From positions 715,381-777,856 of the forward strand of contig JALDTO010000235.1 of the NCBI GenBank assembly GCA_023515725.1: DNA of 62,476 nucleotides. The letters are read 5' to 3'. Source of the stretch: Amoeboaphelidium protococcarum X5. Lineage: Eukaryota > Fungi > Aphelidiomycota. The notes under the pieces are model-generated. The model saw only the letters and a program-made list of their open reading frames with translations, was not told the origin of the DNA and made no database searches. Each line of letters starts with the position of its first letter. Position 1 is the stretch's first letter. Shown here piece after piece: positions 42,424 to 56,729 of this stretch. Position numbers and translations under genes: made by a program.

Positions 42424-42993
42424 ATGACCTTTAGAGCAAAGAGTAAGACGGCAAAGGTGCCGCGTAGACCATACGAAGCTGAACGTCTGGATCATGAATT
42501 GAAATTAGCCGGAGAGTATGGACTGCGTAATAAGCGTGAGATCTGGCGTATCGGATTGACCCTGTCCAAGATTCGTCGTGCGGCTCGTGAACTTTTGACT
42601 TTGGAAGAGAAAGACACCCGTCGTCTATTTGAGGGTAATGCGCTGATCCGTCGTCTTATTCGTATGGGTGTCTTGGACGAGACCAAGGCTAAGCTCGATT
42701 ACGTGCTGGGTCTGCGCGTTGAGGATTTCTTGGAGAGAAGATTGCAGACTCTGGTGTTCAAGGCCGGTTTGGCAAAGAGTATCCACCACGCTCGTGTGCT
42801 GATTAAATAGAGACACATTCGCGTTGGCAAGCAGATTGTTGATATTCCATCATTTGTGGTGCGTTTAGATTCGTAGAAGCATATTGATTTCGCCCTGACC
42901 TCTCCACTCGGCGGTGGTCGTCCAGGTCGCGTCAAGAGAAGACGTATGAGAGCTGCCGAAGCTGGTGGTGATGGCGAGGAAGAGGAAGAATGA
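42424..42993 (+). CDS. RPS9: 40S ribosomal protein S9 (uS4)
   Basis: [29 protein letters not shown] and DSQKHIDF (Q=TAG). Confidence 0.97.
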
Positions 42994-43138
42994 TCACCTA
43001 TTTTCTACGTTATTAATACACTGACATATCTCATCTTTTCTTTTTGTATCTTGTTTTATTATTATTTTGTGATACGTTCTAGTGTTGATCTGCCTGATTG
43101 CTCTTTAGGGGATGTTCTCTTGAATCTGAATTAGAAAA

Positions 43139-44317
43139 ATGTCCAAAAATCCTCCATTGAAATTTGAAGTGTTGGCGCGATGTAGCACATCTAAAGCGCG
43201 TGTGTCCAAGATGACACTGCGACATGCTGTGGTGGATACGCCCGTGTTTATGCCTGTCGGTACACAGGGTGCAATGAAGGGTGTTAGTGTTGATTAGCTC
43301 AGAGATGTCAAATGTAACATGATTCTGGGAAATACGTATCATTTGGGCATGCGGCCGGGCGAATAGATAATGCAAAAGATGGGCGGTCTACATAAGTTTA
43401 TGAACTGGGATCATGGCTTGTTGACTGATAGTGGTGGATTTTAGATGGTATCTCTGCTGAAATTGTCTTCCGTATCTGAGGAAGGCGTGCATTTTATACA
43501 TCCGCATACTCAAGAGCCTCTTCTACTAACTCCGGAGCGATCAATGTAGATCCAGAATGGTATCGGAGCGGATATCATGATGCAGTTGGATGATGTTGTA
43601 TCTTCTCTTACTGTTGGTGATCGCGTAGTTGAGGCTATGCATAGAAGTATTCGATGGCTTGACCGGTGTATTGAATCGCATCAGCGACCCGATGATTAAA
43701 GTCTATTTGCGATTATACAAGGTGGGTTAGACAAAGAACTGAGGAGTATTTGTTTGGAGGAGATGATTAAACGCGATACGCCGGGATATGCCATTGGCGG
43801 TCTTAGTGGCGGTGAAGAGAAGGATAAATTTTGGCGTATTGTCTCACACTGCACTGATTCTCTGCCAGAGTATAAGCCGCGTTATTGTATGGGTGTCGGG
43901 TATGCGTTGGATCTTGTTGTGTGTGTTGCTCTAGGCGTTGATATGTTTGATTGTGTGTTTCCGACGAGAACTGCTAGATTCGGCAATGCTTTGACGCGTT
44001 ATGGCTCCATTAAATTGACCAACAGCCAGTACAAACATGATTACCGACCCATTGAAGATGACTGCGATTGTCTTGCATGCACGCAGTATACCCGCGCTTC
44101 TCTGAATCCTATTGTCTGCACAGAGACTGTGGGATGTAACTTGGTTTCAATCCACAATATCGCATATTAGATGAGACTTATGCGCGAGATGAGGGAAGCG
44201 ATTATGAAGGACCAATTTCCTCAATTCGTCAAGAAGTTTGTCAAAGATTATCACACCAACTCTGAATGTCCTCAATGGGCTATCAATGCTCTCAAATCAG
44301 TCAACATTGATGTTTGA
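43139..44317 (+). CDS. QTRT1: Queuine tRNA-ribosyltransferase catalytic subunit
   Basis: [26 protein letters not shown] (Q=TAG), [27 protein letters not shown]. Confidence 0.96.
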
Positions 44318-44545
44318 ATATAACAGCTTTTTTCATTGTTCTTTTAATTTGTGCCAAACCTTCATAGCCAAGTGTCTTTCTCAATCGCTCTCTTTTAACG
44401 AATCTCTCTGGGCGCAGATTGATCAAAGAGCGTTAACCGAAACGCGAAATTTTCACCTTTATTTCTCTTCAGATTAGAAATCAGTTGTTCAAGGACGATT
44501 TAAGGACCTCAGAAATAGGAAGGAAAATATTTAGATATATAAAAT

Positions 44546-44977
44546 ATGAGTGAGAATCCAGAACAAATTACTTTATCCGGAAATCAGCCTGCTGGCGCTA
44601 TGACTGTTGAGGAGGCTCTGCAGCAGGTGATCAAGCGCGCTCTGATCCACGATGGATTGGCGCGTGGTCTGCGTGAGTCTGTCCAGGCTCTGGATCGTCG
44701 CCAGGCTCATCTGGCTATCCTGGCTGAGTCTTGTGATGAGGCTTCCTACACTGGTCTGGTTGAGGCTCTGTGCTCTGAGCACAACATCAACTTGATCAAG
44801 GTTGGCGATGCAAAGAAGCTGGGCGAGTGGGCCGGTCTGTGCAAGTACGACCGTGAAGGAACTCCGCGCAAGGTTGTCGGATGTGGCTGTGTTGTGGTCA
44901 AGGATTTCGGTGAGGAGTCTGAGGCTATGAACATGTTGCTGGAATTGATCATGAACTCCCAGAACGGAGAGGAATGA
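44546..44977 (+). CDS. RPS12: 40S ribosomal protein S12 (eS12)
   Basis: [34 protein letters not shown]. Confidence 0.97.
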   Translation: MSENPEQITLSGNQPAGAMTVEEALQQVIKRALIHDGLARGLRESVQALDRRQAHLAILAESCDEASYTGLVEALCSEHNINLIKVGDAKKLGEWAGLCKYDREGTPRKVVGCGCVVVKDFGEESEAMNMLLELIMNSQNGEE

Positions 44978-45162
44978 GTATTATGATTCTGTTCTAGAAC
45001 CTCCTCCAGTCATAATAGTGACAGTAGTAGTAGATTAAAGGATAATTTTATCATTAAATGTTGAGCCATTTTCTTATAATTTTCTTTTATTTGATCAATT
45101 TCACCTTTCCACCAGCTGATAGATAGTTCTGATTAATCTTTAACTGTATGATAGAAAACAGC

Positions 45163-46066
45163 TCATCCAATGACCAACTTGGTGTCATCAGCAATAAACT
45201 CATACGGTGGAACTTCAAGATTCAATGGAGCAGGTCCCTTTCTAATTCTACCACTAATATCGTAATGACTACCATGGCACGGGCAGTACCAGCCATCATA
45301 ATCACCAGCCTCACCAATAGGCACGCAACCAAGATGAGTACAGATTGCCAGAACAACCAACCACTCAGGCTTCTTCACTCTATCGGCATCCGATTGAGGA
45401 TCACGGAGCTCATTCATAGCCACAGTATTAGCCTCACTAATCTCATCCTGGGTACGATGTCTAATCACCACAGGCTTACCACGCCACTTCACCGTCAAAT
45501 TCTTACCCTGTGGAATGGAGGTTAGATCTATTTCAGTCTTGGCCAGAGCCATCACATCAGCAGAAGGAGCCAACTGGGACAGGAAGGTGGCCACAAAGTT
45601 CTTTGCACCCACGGCACCCAACACTCCGGCACTGCCAATCATCATATAAGTGAATGCCCTGTCATCTGACGACGCAACATCCTTCTTGCCATCACCTCCA
45701 CTGCTCTTCTTATAGCTGCTAAAGTCTGGAACTCTCGTCGTCTCCACGCGCCCAGTGGTATAAAATCTCTATTATCCAAATCTAAATGGATCTTGCAAAC
45801 GAGCTACACACATTTAAATTCATTACAAGTCCAGTATTAAGAGAGAAAGGTATAATCATACTGTTAAATGATTTAACTGAAGTATTTCCAACTTTGGATC
45901 CAACTGTGAAAGGCTTAAATTCCTCTTCTTGACTACTACTACTACTGTGCGTGTACAAGTTGGCCCGATAAGAGGAGAGTGACTGAGCCAGAGGCACGGC
46001 ATTAAACCTCACACTGCTCACACCACTAGTATTCTTCGCAGCTGTAGACACCAATCTTGAAGCCAT
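45163..46066 (-). CDS. RIP1: Cytochrome bc1 Rieske iron-sulfur protein
   Basis: CTHLGCVP, CPCHGSHYD, GPAPLNL; mitochondrial presequence; probable intron ~45800-45860. Confidence 0.96.
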
Positions 46067-46388
46067 ATCACTAAAAGAAGTAGAAATTACTAATGCAGAT
46101 CCACTAATAAATTGAAGGTATCAATCTAAATAAGGTGACGTTTGTTAACGATCGACTTGCTGAAAGAAGAAAAATCGGCGCAGCGAATCGCTCAAAGAAG
46201 AAATTTTCGAATTTGAGCGGACGGAACGTTATGAAGAGGCATAAGGTAACTTAAAGCACTTGAACATTGAATGTGAAGCTATATCGCTATGAATAGATTT
46301 GACTTGATAAATCTTAGTATTAAAGTACAAAATACGATTTAAAATTATATTTGACATTTTATACAATCAACCATGTGGAAATGATCGA

Positions 46389-46729
46389 TCATGAAGAGCC
46401 ATATTTGACACGCCTAATCTGATCTAATCGTCGCATGTAATTGACAGGGATGTAGCTCTCCAACATTGGAAAGTAGTCGGTCATGACAAAGACGCAGTAG
46501 TGTGCATACTCAGGCAAGTACATGTACACGGTATACAGAGTGAGGAGTAGGCCAGCGAGGATCACAGAGTTAAATATGGCCTTCTCCCACGGTTCCAGCA
46601 TGTATCTACAATACATCACATAGGTAGTGACTTGCGCGACATTACAATCACCTAATTATTGAAAAAATGATCTTACAATGCTGTCCATAATTCGTATTGA
46701 TAATATTTAGTCTTGAGCCACTTCCACAT
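46389..46729 (-). CDS. Serine palmitoyltransferase small subunit (SPTssA/DUF3317 type), 1 intron
   Basis: KYYQYELWTA + YMLEPWEKAIFN followed by a TM helix. Confidence 0.85.
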
Positions 46730-46883
46730 TGTCCACTCAAAGTAACACTAATATTTCTAAAGTGGGATGTAAGCGAAGAGTTAAAGAGACGAAATCTAAT
46801 TGGACTAAGCGGAGAGACTTGAAGAAATTGCTTTTAATAAACCACAAGTCAAATAAATGTATTTTATTATTACATCGCCAGTA

Positions 46884-47999
46884 TCATGCAAAGAACATTA
46901 TAAATGTAATAAAGAACACTATGAGAACTGCGAATATCTTGGCCATGAGCCAGCGATTACTTGAGAGACTTTGCATGTACCGCGTCAATTGATTCTGCGC
47001 GTTGAATACGTTACTCTCAATATCCTCCACATTGTCGTCGATACGTCGCACAAGATCATCATGTTGACTGATCATAGTCGTCAGTTAAGAGAACAAACCA
47101 GCCAGATCTGTAATGGTCTTCTCAATACCTTCTATAGCCTGTGCGCGACTCTCCAGGTAAGAATCTGATTGATTCAGTTGTAACAGTTCCTACTATTGAT
47201 AAGGGATAGATATTGATATATACTCACTGTCAGGAGATGTCTACCGCTGCTACTATTACAATTGATTAGACTAAGCATCATATTACGCTGCATTATTTCT
47301 CTACTAAAGCCCTTAATACAGCGGAGATTGTGAGTTCATGACAAAGGAGCTCGACGCATTATTATTATTATTATTCATGCTCATTGACGATGAAGGCCGT
47401 GCGCCGGATAGCTGATCTTTCTATTACTATTGGGCTTTCAAAGTCTAGGATCTAACTTCTAGCACATCTTTAAACACATTGGATGCATTCGCCAGGTTAG
47501 ACTTTAAGGACATTATGATGTTCGATGTATGTTCTTGCGCCAACTTCCATCTGGATGATGACCGCTATTACTACCTTTGCATTAATTCATCTTACTAGAG
47601 CTGCTCCAAATTACTTATATTACTGGCGAGACGTCCAATATCTTGCTTAATCACAGCGGTAAGATCATTAATCTCATAGGAACTATCATCGAACAGCGAC
47701 TTCTTCTTGGCCAACTTGGTCAACTTCTCCAATTTGGCAGCGCATTGAGAAATGTCTCTGCTTATTACAGCCGCTTACCGACTAAATTAACCGCCACCTT
47801 ATACTGCAACGGCTCCATTATTTGACGATTTACTAGAGTCATGATCATTATTCGATAGTAGTGGCTCATTCAGCGAAGATGCTATTCTAGAACTAATCGC
47901 TGATGCCTGAGGCATAGCTTGAACAGGCAGCGAACCGCTCCTCTACCGAATTGACTCTATTGCTGCAAAAAATTCTCTAGTTCTATTTTATACTGTCAT
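46884..47999 (-). CDS. SED5: Syntaxin-5 / Sed5 Qa-SNARE
   Basis: N-peptide QNRTREF, LEKLTKLAKKKSLFDD, FKDVLEVR, SNARE motif, SSNRWLMAKIF + TM. Confidence 0.94.
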
Positions 48000-48191
48000 T
48001 CAAGTATTTTATTTGCCAAAAGCTAATGTGAGTGAGCAAGTTCTATATTAGGGCAATTGGACAAGTGGCGAATTTTTATTGAAATCAGAACAAGGAAACA
48101 AAGTTGCAAAAATCGCCTTGTGGAGAAATGCTGCCATGTATCATGATGTAAGATGTATATATTATTTTTCAAAGCATAAAATATCCCAGAT

Positions 48192-49784
48192 TCACTCCAT
48201 GACTATGGCTTTGAATAGGTCGAATCCGTTGGATGCCGTGGACATTACCATTCCAGGGATTTGACTGTGCCAGTGCAACTCTTTAATCTCCTTCTGGCCC
48301 TGGTGGATGAACATCAGTTGGAATGGGATGTCCAGGTCAGCAGATTCTTGCATAACCTCGTGATCCGCCTCGACAGAGAAATCCCACAGAGTCAATTGAT
48401 CATCGGCAGAGGATACGGCAAGGATAGACTCATCATGCGCGGACCACTCGATGGATGTTATAGGAGATTTGTGCCAAGTGTAAGTGGCAGATGCGACTCC
48501 AGACTTGGCTTGCCGCAAATCCCAGATTCTAAACTGGCCATCATCTGCACCAGATGCCAAAAGATTAGGCATTTTTCTATTCCACGAGATGACATTAACG
48601 TCTGCATCGTGAGCCTTGATCGAAATCTAACTCTTATTGCCTGCAGCACGCGTATCCCATAACTAGATGGTCTAATCGACAGACGCAGACGCGAACACGG
48701 TATCTTGAACTGGGGACCACTGTAGATCTTCAACAGATTATTTGTGGCTAGAGTACGCTTTATTGCTACTATACCATCCTTTCTACTGATCAAGCTGAGT
48801 TAGATAAATATTACCATTACAATCACCAGTCAGAAGCTTCGCCACGTAATCACCGGTTGGCGCCTTGCACCAGTCCATAGCATAACCTTCCATGCGGTGG
48901 CTCTTTAAAGTATACAGTGGTGCAGCTGATTGATTAACTGGCTTCGAACCAACGTTATCCAGAGACTGCTTCAGGGGAGACATATCCCAAACATGCACCT
49001 TGCCGGTATCTGCCCATGTGGCGGCATACACAATGTCCGTTTACCCACTTGGTTGGAAGCATCTGATACGATTCACACCACCATGATGCTTGATAGAACG
49101 ATATTCCAACAGTGGATCTTCTTCCACCTCGTCTTCATCCATATCGCTATCATCATTGTCACTGTCGTTCATATTATTGCCAGTGACCACTTTACCGCTA
49201 TAAGTCTTGTGCAGACGCGTCACCTTCATCAAATAGACGCGATTATTAGAAGCGGCATCAGCTTGAGAACCGGCGACCATGTACATTGACATTGGATACT
49301 GAAGTCTATTATCGCCAAACTGATCCTTTACAGTATCAAATGACAGACACGGCCATTCAGCGGACAGAGTATGATATAATCTATAAGCACGATTGTCATA
49401 ATCCAACACTTCACCCTCTGCCAAAGCTTATCCAGGCAGATAAACCTGCTTTTCATTCTTCTATTACTGCTCTTATTGATCGGATGAAGATTACTTGGAC
49501 CCGCTACCTTCTATCACGTTACCATTAGCATCCAATTGTACATTTTCAATATCATCATCGTCGTCGTCGTCGTTACAAATGACAATATCTTCATCCTCCT
49601 CCATCTCGTCCTCCCACGCGTCTTCAAACTCCAAATCGTTCAAGTCCACGTTATCTACACCTTGACTTTAGGATGTAATAACACCATTCTCATCCATCTT
49701 AACAGATTTATTATTATTCTCTTAATGAGAGCCCATCTATACCGGGTCCACCTCATCTATGGTAGCTGATCGTTTTTTGGTCAT
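48192..49784 (-). CDS. RRB1: Ribosome assembly WD40 protein Rrb1/GRWD1
   Basis: Acidic N-terminus, EWPCLSFD, HHGGVNRIR, EGYAMDW, SVEDLQWSP, QLMFIHQGQKEIKELHWH. Confidence 0.93.
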
Positions 49785-49914
49785 TTTTCCAACTTTTGCG
49801 CTCAGTGGTTTCTCTTCACATGAAAAAGAGAATTGAAGCGATCAATTAATAAAGGAGCTGAAAGTCGTTACTCCTTTCGATTTTAATTAATTAAATTTTA
49901 TATAGGTATATATC

Positions 49915-50937
49915 ATGTCTGAAGGTAATGTGAGTAGGTATTCTAGGAGTGCATCACCTGAGCACAGTGAATTTAGCGGTGGTGAAACTGAATCGCTGCA
50001 TAGGAAATATGCCAAGTATCAAGCATAGAATAACAAACTGCACGAGCGTCTCTCAGAACTATCATCCAAAATGGAATCATTACAGCGATAATTAAATGAT
50101 AAAGATAATGTTGTATCATCGCTATAACGTTCCCTTTCCTAATGTCAGATTGAGAACCGATCGTATTAGAGTAAATGTAAATCGCTGTAAAAGTAGTTGC
50201 AGGAAGATGTATAGAATGGATGGAGTTTGTTCGGTACTCAGAGAAAGACTAATAATAATAATAATACCACATCGGAAGGTAAGTAAAGTGTTGAAATGTA
50301 AGCCTTGTAGGATGAATTAATGCACAAGATACGACTGAATGAATAGTTACATGAGCGATGTGAAGATTTGTCTGCTTAGATTTAGCGATTATAATCATCT
50401 GAAATGGCATTGAAATCACAATTTGACTCTATTGCCCAGTAGATGCAGAGAGAACGCGTCAGACACGAAGCTGAATTGATAAAGGCCAAGTAAATTGTCA
50501 AAAAGTCTCAAGATGAACCGAAAGCATAGCAAGAAGTGATCAAGTTGAAATCAGAAATTGCTGAACTTTAATAGGAAATCAAGCGACTCTAAAATCAAAA
50601 CCTTTAGTAGTAAGAAGAGCAACGATAGAATGCCGAACGACTTGAATAGGAATTAAAGACGCGGCCGACCTGTGTCGAAAGTGAAACGCAGACTGACGCG
50701 ATTTGTGTAAATTTTGGTGAAACGCAGACTGATTAGGACTTGATGACGCCTGCCCGCTGTGATGCCGTGATTGAAACGCTCATTCTCCCTCAGAATGAAC
50801 TTAAACGCGAAGAGTAATTGAAGAAGTTTTACGAGGATTAGATTAAGTAGTAGAATCTTAAAATTAATAGTTTAGAAGGTGCATTACGGCTGACATTGAA
50901 TGCTAAATCCATGTAGTAAATAGAATTTCATAATTGA
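49915..50937 (+). CDS. Uncharacterised Gln/Glu/Lys-rich coiled-coil protein (340 aa)
   Basis: Uninterrupted code-6 ORF with heptad character and repeated ETQTD motifs; no family recognised. Confidence 0.65.
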
Positions 50938-51089
50938 CTGTGTATTAATGCTTTGCTTTAACGGTTGTGCTTTTCGTTAACGTGGAATTTCAAATCTGTT
51001 TTTGTCACTTTTTCTCACTTTAGCACATAATCACTCAGAATCATTTGACCAGATAGTAAATACAAGATATATTTAAAGTGGAGTCCACA

Positions 51090-53885
51090 ATGGTATAAGA
51101 AGAATAAATTTAGACTGTGAAGAAGTTTAGATAAGGAGTATCAACATCGATTGGAAAGAGTAGAATCTTTTAGCCATTTAGAGCTCTGGGGCACATTTGT
51201 GATTCTGATGTTCCAATTTAGATGCAGATCAGAGGAAGCAAGGTGTTTATTACTGCATCTCTCGGCAGAAAGTATTAGGTGTATAATGACTAGTTGCGTC
51301 TGATGTTTGTCAGCCAGTCTGTGGATCAGCGCCAGTCTGTGATTTCTCCAAGTGATGACGCGTCTCTACCTGTAGATTAGAAAATCTAGTGCATGGCGTT
51401 GAATGGAGACTATACGTACGTTGGCAGTGGCTGTGATATTATTGTATATGAGCGCGCCAAAATTGTTCAAGTCATGAGATATGATCAAGATAATGGCGCA
51501 GATGGTGCCGTCATAGATATGTCTGTGTTTGGTGATGTCCTGGTAGCTGCTTATGATGATGGGGTTATGCGCGTATGGAGCACTTCTGACCATCAGTTGA
51601 TGACAGAAATCAGTTTTGATTCCGGTTTCGTTCCGACTTCAATTCTTCATCCAAGCACGTACGTTAATAAAGTGTTGGTAGGAAGTTCCGATGGAAGATT
51701 GTAGCTGTGGAATATAAAGTCTGTGAAAATGCTATATGAGTTTACGCTTGAGAAGAAGGACAATAGTTCGTAATCTTGCAATGCTATCTAGTGCTTAGCG
51801 TAATCTCCGGTACTTGATGTTGTTGCTGCTGGTCTCAGTAATGGTCAGATTGTGCTACTCAATCTAAGGAGTGATCAGAAATTAATGTCATTCTCTATGG
51901 ATCAATCAATCAAGGCCATCGCTTTCCGGACTGACAACGATATGCCCGTGATGGTCTCCGGAGATAGTTCTGGTATGGTGGCGGTATGGAATCTGGAGGA
52001 TAGAAGAATTGTATAGACTTTTTAGGCTCATGAAGCATCAGTTAATTCATTGTAATTTATACCGAAGTAGCCCGTGCTTATATCTTCTGGTAATGACAAC
52101 GCGATCAAAATGTGGGTGTTTGATACGGTGGATGGAAGTGCGCGGCTGCTTAGATCTCGTTCTGGTCATTATCGACCACCCACTCAAGTCATGTATTACG
52201 GGGAAGATGGGCGCAGTGTTCTTACTGCTGCAGAGGATAATGCGGTACGTACCTTCTGCACTATGAGGGATGAGTAGAGTGTTGAGCTCTCTCAAGGACC
52301 GGGGCTAGTTAAGAAATCAAAGTCTCGTAATATGAGCATCGATTAATTGAAACTGCCTTTGGTAACCGGCATTGATAGTTCCAGTAATCGCGCTAAGGAT
52401 TGGAATAACATTTTGGCGTGTCATTCAAAGTATAATGTAGCAACCGTGTGGTCTTTTGATAACAAAAGAGTCGACAAGGATCTGTCTATTAAGGCCGCGG
52501 ATGGTAAACCTGTAACTGCCGTGTGCGTTAGTAATTGTGGCAACTTTGGTGTTATAGGAACTTAAGGTGGCCAGCTGACATCTGTCAATATGCAATCGGC
52601 TCTGGTAAGACGTAATTATAGTGGTGTAGACAGCCAAGTAGTCGGTGTTCATATGGATGCATTGAATAAGCACATTTACAGTATTCATGAGGATGGTGTT
52701 GTTGCCATGTGGTCGTTTGCTAAGGGCATCTGTATCAAATCTGCGCGTTTACCATCAGAGGCTTTGGCATCCGAGTTTCACAAATCTAGTAATTTTATTG
52801 CTGTATCCTGTAAAGATCAAACAGTTTACCTTTTGGAGGCTGAAAATTTGTCTATTGTTAGAAAATTTCAGCTTTAATCCAAGATTACGTCCATGACCAT
52901 GAGCAAAGATGGTAGATGGTTGATTGCTAGCGGTAAAAGTGGCATGGTTCTTACATTTGATATTCCGTCTGGTCACCTTGTAGATGTTTTTAAATGTCGC
53001 GATATGGTCACAAGCTTGTCGCTGTCACCTACTGGAGATTTCCTTGCCACTACGCACTAAGGTCAGTTGGGTGTTTATCTATGGGCCAATAAGATGCAGT
53101 TTAGCAACGTTGTGTTGTCCAAAGTTGACCTGCCAGAAGCTGTTTTATCTTAAAAAATATCAGTTTCCCTGCTGCCAGGTGAAGACTCTTCTTACCTAGA
53201 CGACAATGGTAATCTCGATGAGCACTTCAGTGATTCTGTTGGATTCGTATATCATGCTGCCGATCAGATATCGCAAGATATGATGACATTGTCCATTCAA
53301 CCAAAAGCTAAATGGAGTTCTCTTCTCTCCCTCGACTTGATCAAGAAGAGAAATAAGCCCAAAGAAGTACCGAAAGCCCCAGAGTAAGCGCCATTCTTCC
53401 TGCCTGTGATTTCTGGATTGAAAAGTTAATTTGATGTGCAACCAAGTCAGATATAGGAGAATGATCAGTCCTAAAGCTCTATCAATTTTGATGCTCTTCA
53501 ACAGGACTACACCCCTTTCATAAAGGCTGTCATTGAAGCCAACGAATCTGGCGACTACTCGGAAGTTATAGAAATGCTGAAGAAGATGAACGCGTCAGAG
53601 ATAGATTATGAGATCAGGGCAGTGGATGTTTTGAAAGGAGTTGAAAGTTTAATCTCTCTCCTTCAATGTCTAAGTCAGTTGATACGGACTTGCCGTGAGT
53701 TTGAGTTGTATTAAGCATGTCTGCAGACTGTACTTAAAGTTCATTCTGATGTCATTTTGGAACATGGAGCAAAGTTTGCGCAAGTGCTCGAAGACTTGTC
53801 ATTGGCTGTTAAAGCTAGTAGCACTGATGTTGACCAGTTGTTTAGAAAATCACTGTCAACAATTCAATTCGTGGCGCGTTATTGA
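51090..53885 (+). CDS. UTP21: U3 snoRNP WD40 protein Utp21/WDR36
   Basis: IFQPFRALG, LHPSTYVNKVLVG, QSPVLDVVA, DNAIKMWVFD...RLLRSRSGH, LDLIKKRNKPKEVPKAPEQAPFFLP. Confidence 0.94.
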
Positions 53886-54170
53886 AGATGAATTGAAGAT
53901 ATATACATATTTCATTTAACTTGAGCATATCTTTGATTATACTATTTTACGCTTAATTAGTGTAAGCATCTTTATACTAAAAGACTTTATAATAATCATT
54001 GTAAAACGTGTAATGATCCTATTGGTTGACGCGTGCATCATGCAAGAACCCATTCTCGTGACTGTACGGCTAATCCTGAGCTCATGGGACATCATTTTCA
54101 CTGTTTAAATAATACTAATTTCTCAATTAAATAATCCTGGACTATTAATAAAAAACAGGATCGATATAGA

Positions 54171-55013
54171 ATGATAGAATATGGTAAAAATAAGGAGAGG
54201 GATGCTCATGGAGATCAAAAGTGCAGGCTGATGGTTCAAACAAATCAAAAGAATGGAGTGCAATTTTTTACGCGTGTGTCACCAACGTCACCCAAAGCTA
54301 AGAATCCTTTGAGAAGAATTGCTACTGTTGATGATAAAGCTAGTGATGCTCTGAATACCAACAGTAATCGTAATCATCATCAAGTGCGTCGGGAATAGAC
54401 AGGTGAAACTGCTCGCCAAGAACAACAATATTTGTAATAAGATTCCGCATTTAGATCAATGATGATATTTAAACACCCGTCTAATGAGTTGATGCTCTAT
54501 CACAAATATCTATCGCGTAAGGAGCACTCGGAGGAGAATTTGGAATTCTGTCTGGCTCTGCGAAATCATAATCTACTTTATAAACGATATAAGAAATAGA
54601 AAGCGACTCTGCACAGGGAAGAGTCTGGATCAATAGTCTCTGCTTCATCAGACAATACGTGCTCTTCTGCTGATCTTTCTAAAACCTATAAGTCGTTGGA
54701 GTCTATCATATTACCTTCTCAGTCCGAGACAATTAGCCAAATGGTCAACAATGATATCATAACGAGTATGCAGATTGATCGGCGAATCTTGAGGCATTCG
54801 GTAAAGCTCATCTACGCGACTTATTTGGCTACGGGGGCTGGCAAGTAAGTTAATATTCCTAATAGACTAAAACAGAAGATTATCAAGTGCATTGATGAAG
54901 ACAAACGATACGACTCTATGATATTTGTAGAGTGCAGAGAGTATGTCTTTGAATTGATGCGCAAAGATTCGTATTCAAGGTTCTTGAAGCTGTACCTGAA
55001 CAGTAACAATTGA
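54171..55013 (+). CDS. RGS-domain protein (regulator of G-protein signalling)
   Basis: YLSRKEHSEENLEFCLAL, IYATYL...QVNIP, IFVECREYVFELMRKDSYSRFL. Confidence 0.88.
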
Positions 55014-55058
55014 TTGATTAGAAGATTTAATTTATTATACGATTTAAATTTCTTATTA

Positions 55059-56558
55059 TCAATGATCTATAGATTGTTCTTGACTTTGCTGGGAGTCGGC
55101 TTCAATCTCCAACTTTCTCTTGACAGCCTTCTTACTTCTTGGTCCCCAGTTCATACCTTTATGATCTTCGAAGCGATTCAGTTTGAACTTTCGAGATTGT
55201 GGGTTGGCATCTGGGTGTAAAGTGAAGTCTGCACGCAATTTAGGCTCTTTACGAAGCAGATTCTACTGTACACTCTTATCAGGGAACTTGTCCAACTTTA
55301 TCGGGCCACACTCTAGCTTCAAGCATCTCAGGATATCCATCAACACATCGATCGGTGCATCAGTTTTCAAAGAGTGCTGATGGCAATGAGACATGGAGAC
55401 ACGATATCCAGCATTCAGAATGGCCGAATTCATCTTCACCATTGGAGGACATGATACTCGCACAGCTTAGCACAATTTGTCCACAGTATAGAACAGTGGC
55501 ACATCCGGTAACTCCTCCGATATCACTGAGATCATGCCTAACATTCTCTCATAAGTGCCATACAGTGCACTGCTAGACTCCAAATTCAAATGATCTACCA
55601 GTGCTCTCACAAACTCTTGATTGTGGATAGGACCCGAATATATTGGACCACCAATGTGATAAACAGCGTCACACTGCGAGCATTTATCCGACATACCTGC
55701 AGGTAATCGACCATATGAAAATTTTGCCCCACCGCGACTCGACGGGTCAGCAAAAGTACCAAAAGGAGCTAGCTCGTAAGATTTACAGCCACAGCACTGA
55801 TACAGAGAAGAGGTACTAGCACAAAGCTTCAAAGCCTCCGCTGCATTGTCATGGACGCGAACAAATACGCGCACATAATAATCCACGCTCACACTCAGCA
55901 ATGGTTCGATATGACGCTTGTACTTGGCGGCGCACGTCTTGATAAAGTTTAGCAAGATTCTCAGAGCAAGTTCATGACAAGCAGGAGTTTTTACAGGTAT
56001 AGAGCCATATTTGGCAAAGCAAGATGTTGGATTATTGCCAGCCAGAACAGCCATATCAGTGCAAGTGATACACAGAAGACCGCCATCCTTAACCGCTTGA
56101 ACAGTGCCATCAACAAACGGAGCAGCAGAGCCAAAAGGGTCAATATCAATAACGTCAAACTCTCGCAAAGTTCTTTAAGAGTATAGCAAATCGATGGCAT
56201 CACTCATGTGCGGCGTCATCTTACCTTATGGCAATTTGTTGTGCTCAACATTTCTCTGCATACAATCTACCGCGTATTGCGACATATCATTCGCCAATAT
56301 ACGGTCCAGTATATCAGGAATCTCTTTGGCATATCTGATCGACCGGAGACCACTGGCAGATAAAGCCTCCAGCACAGATAAGCCTTTGCTATCAGTATCA
56401 TTAGTCTTCTATGGACCAAACTGCTCAGCGAAAACACGAAGAACCGCAATGCTCAAGTCTCTATTGAATTACTAGACCGGGCTGTAGAACACGTTATCCT
56501 TGGCAAACAATATCTCAGCCTTTCCTTCCCGGACTATATGATACTCTTGTTCAGCCAT
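55059..56558 (-). CDS. TRM1: tRNA (guanine26-N2,N2)-dimethyltransferase
   Basis: [60 protein letters not shown]. Confidence 0.95.
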
Positions 56559-56729
56559 TATTTTTGCTACTATCTCAGCTATAGAAATGTTATAATAAAA
56601 TAATTTTTCTAGTTTTCTCTATGCGCGCTTTAGTAAAGCTGTTAAGGAGTCAGAGACAAAGTTGAAAACTCAAGAGAAAATACAATTAACATCTATATTC
56701 ATCACAAAAATGTACATTTACATGTCAAA

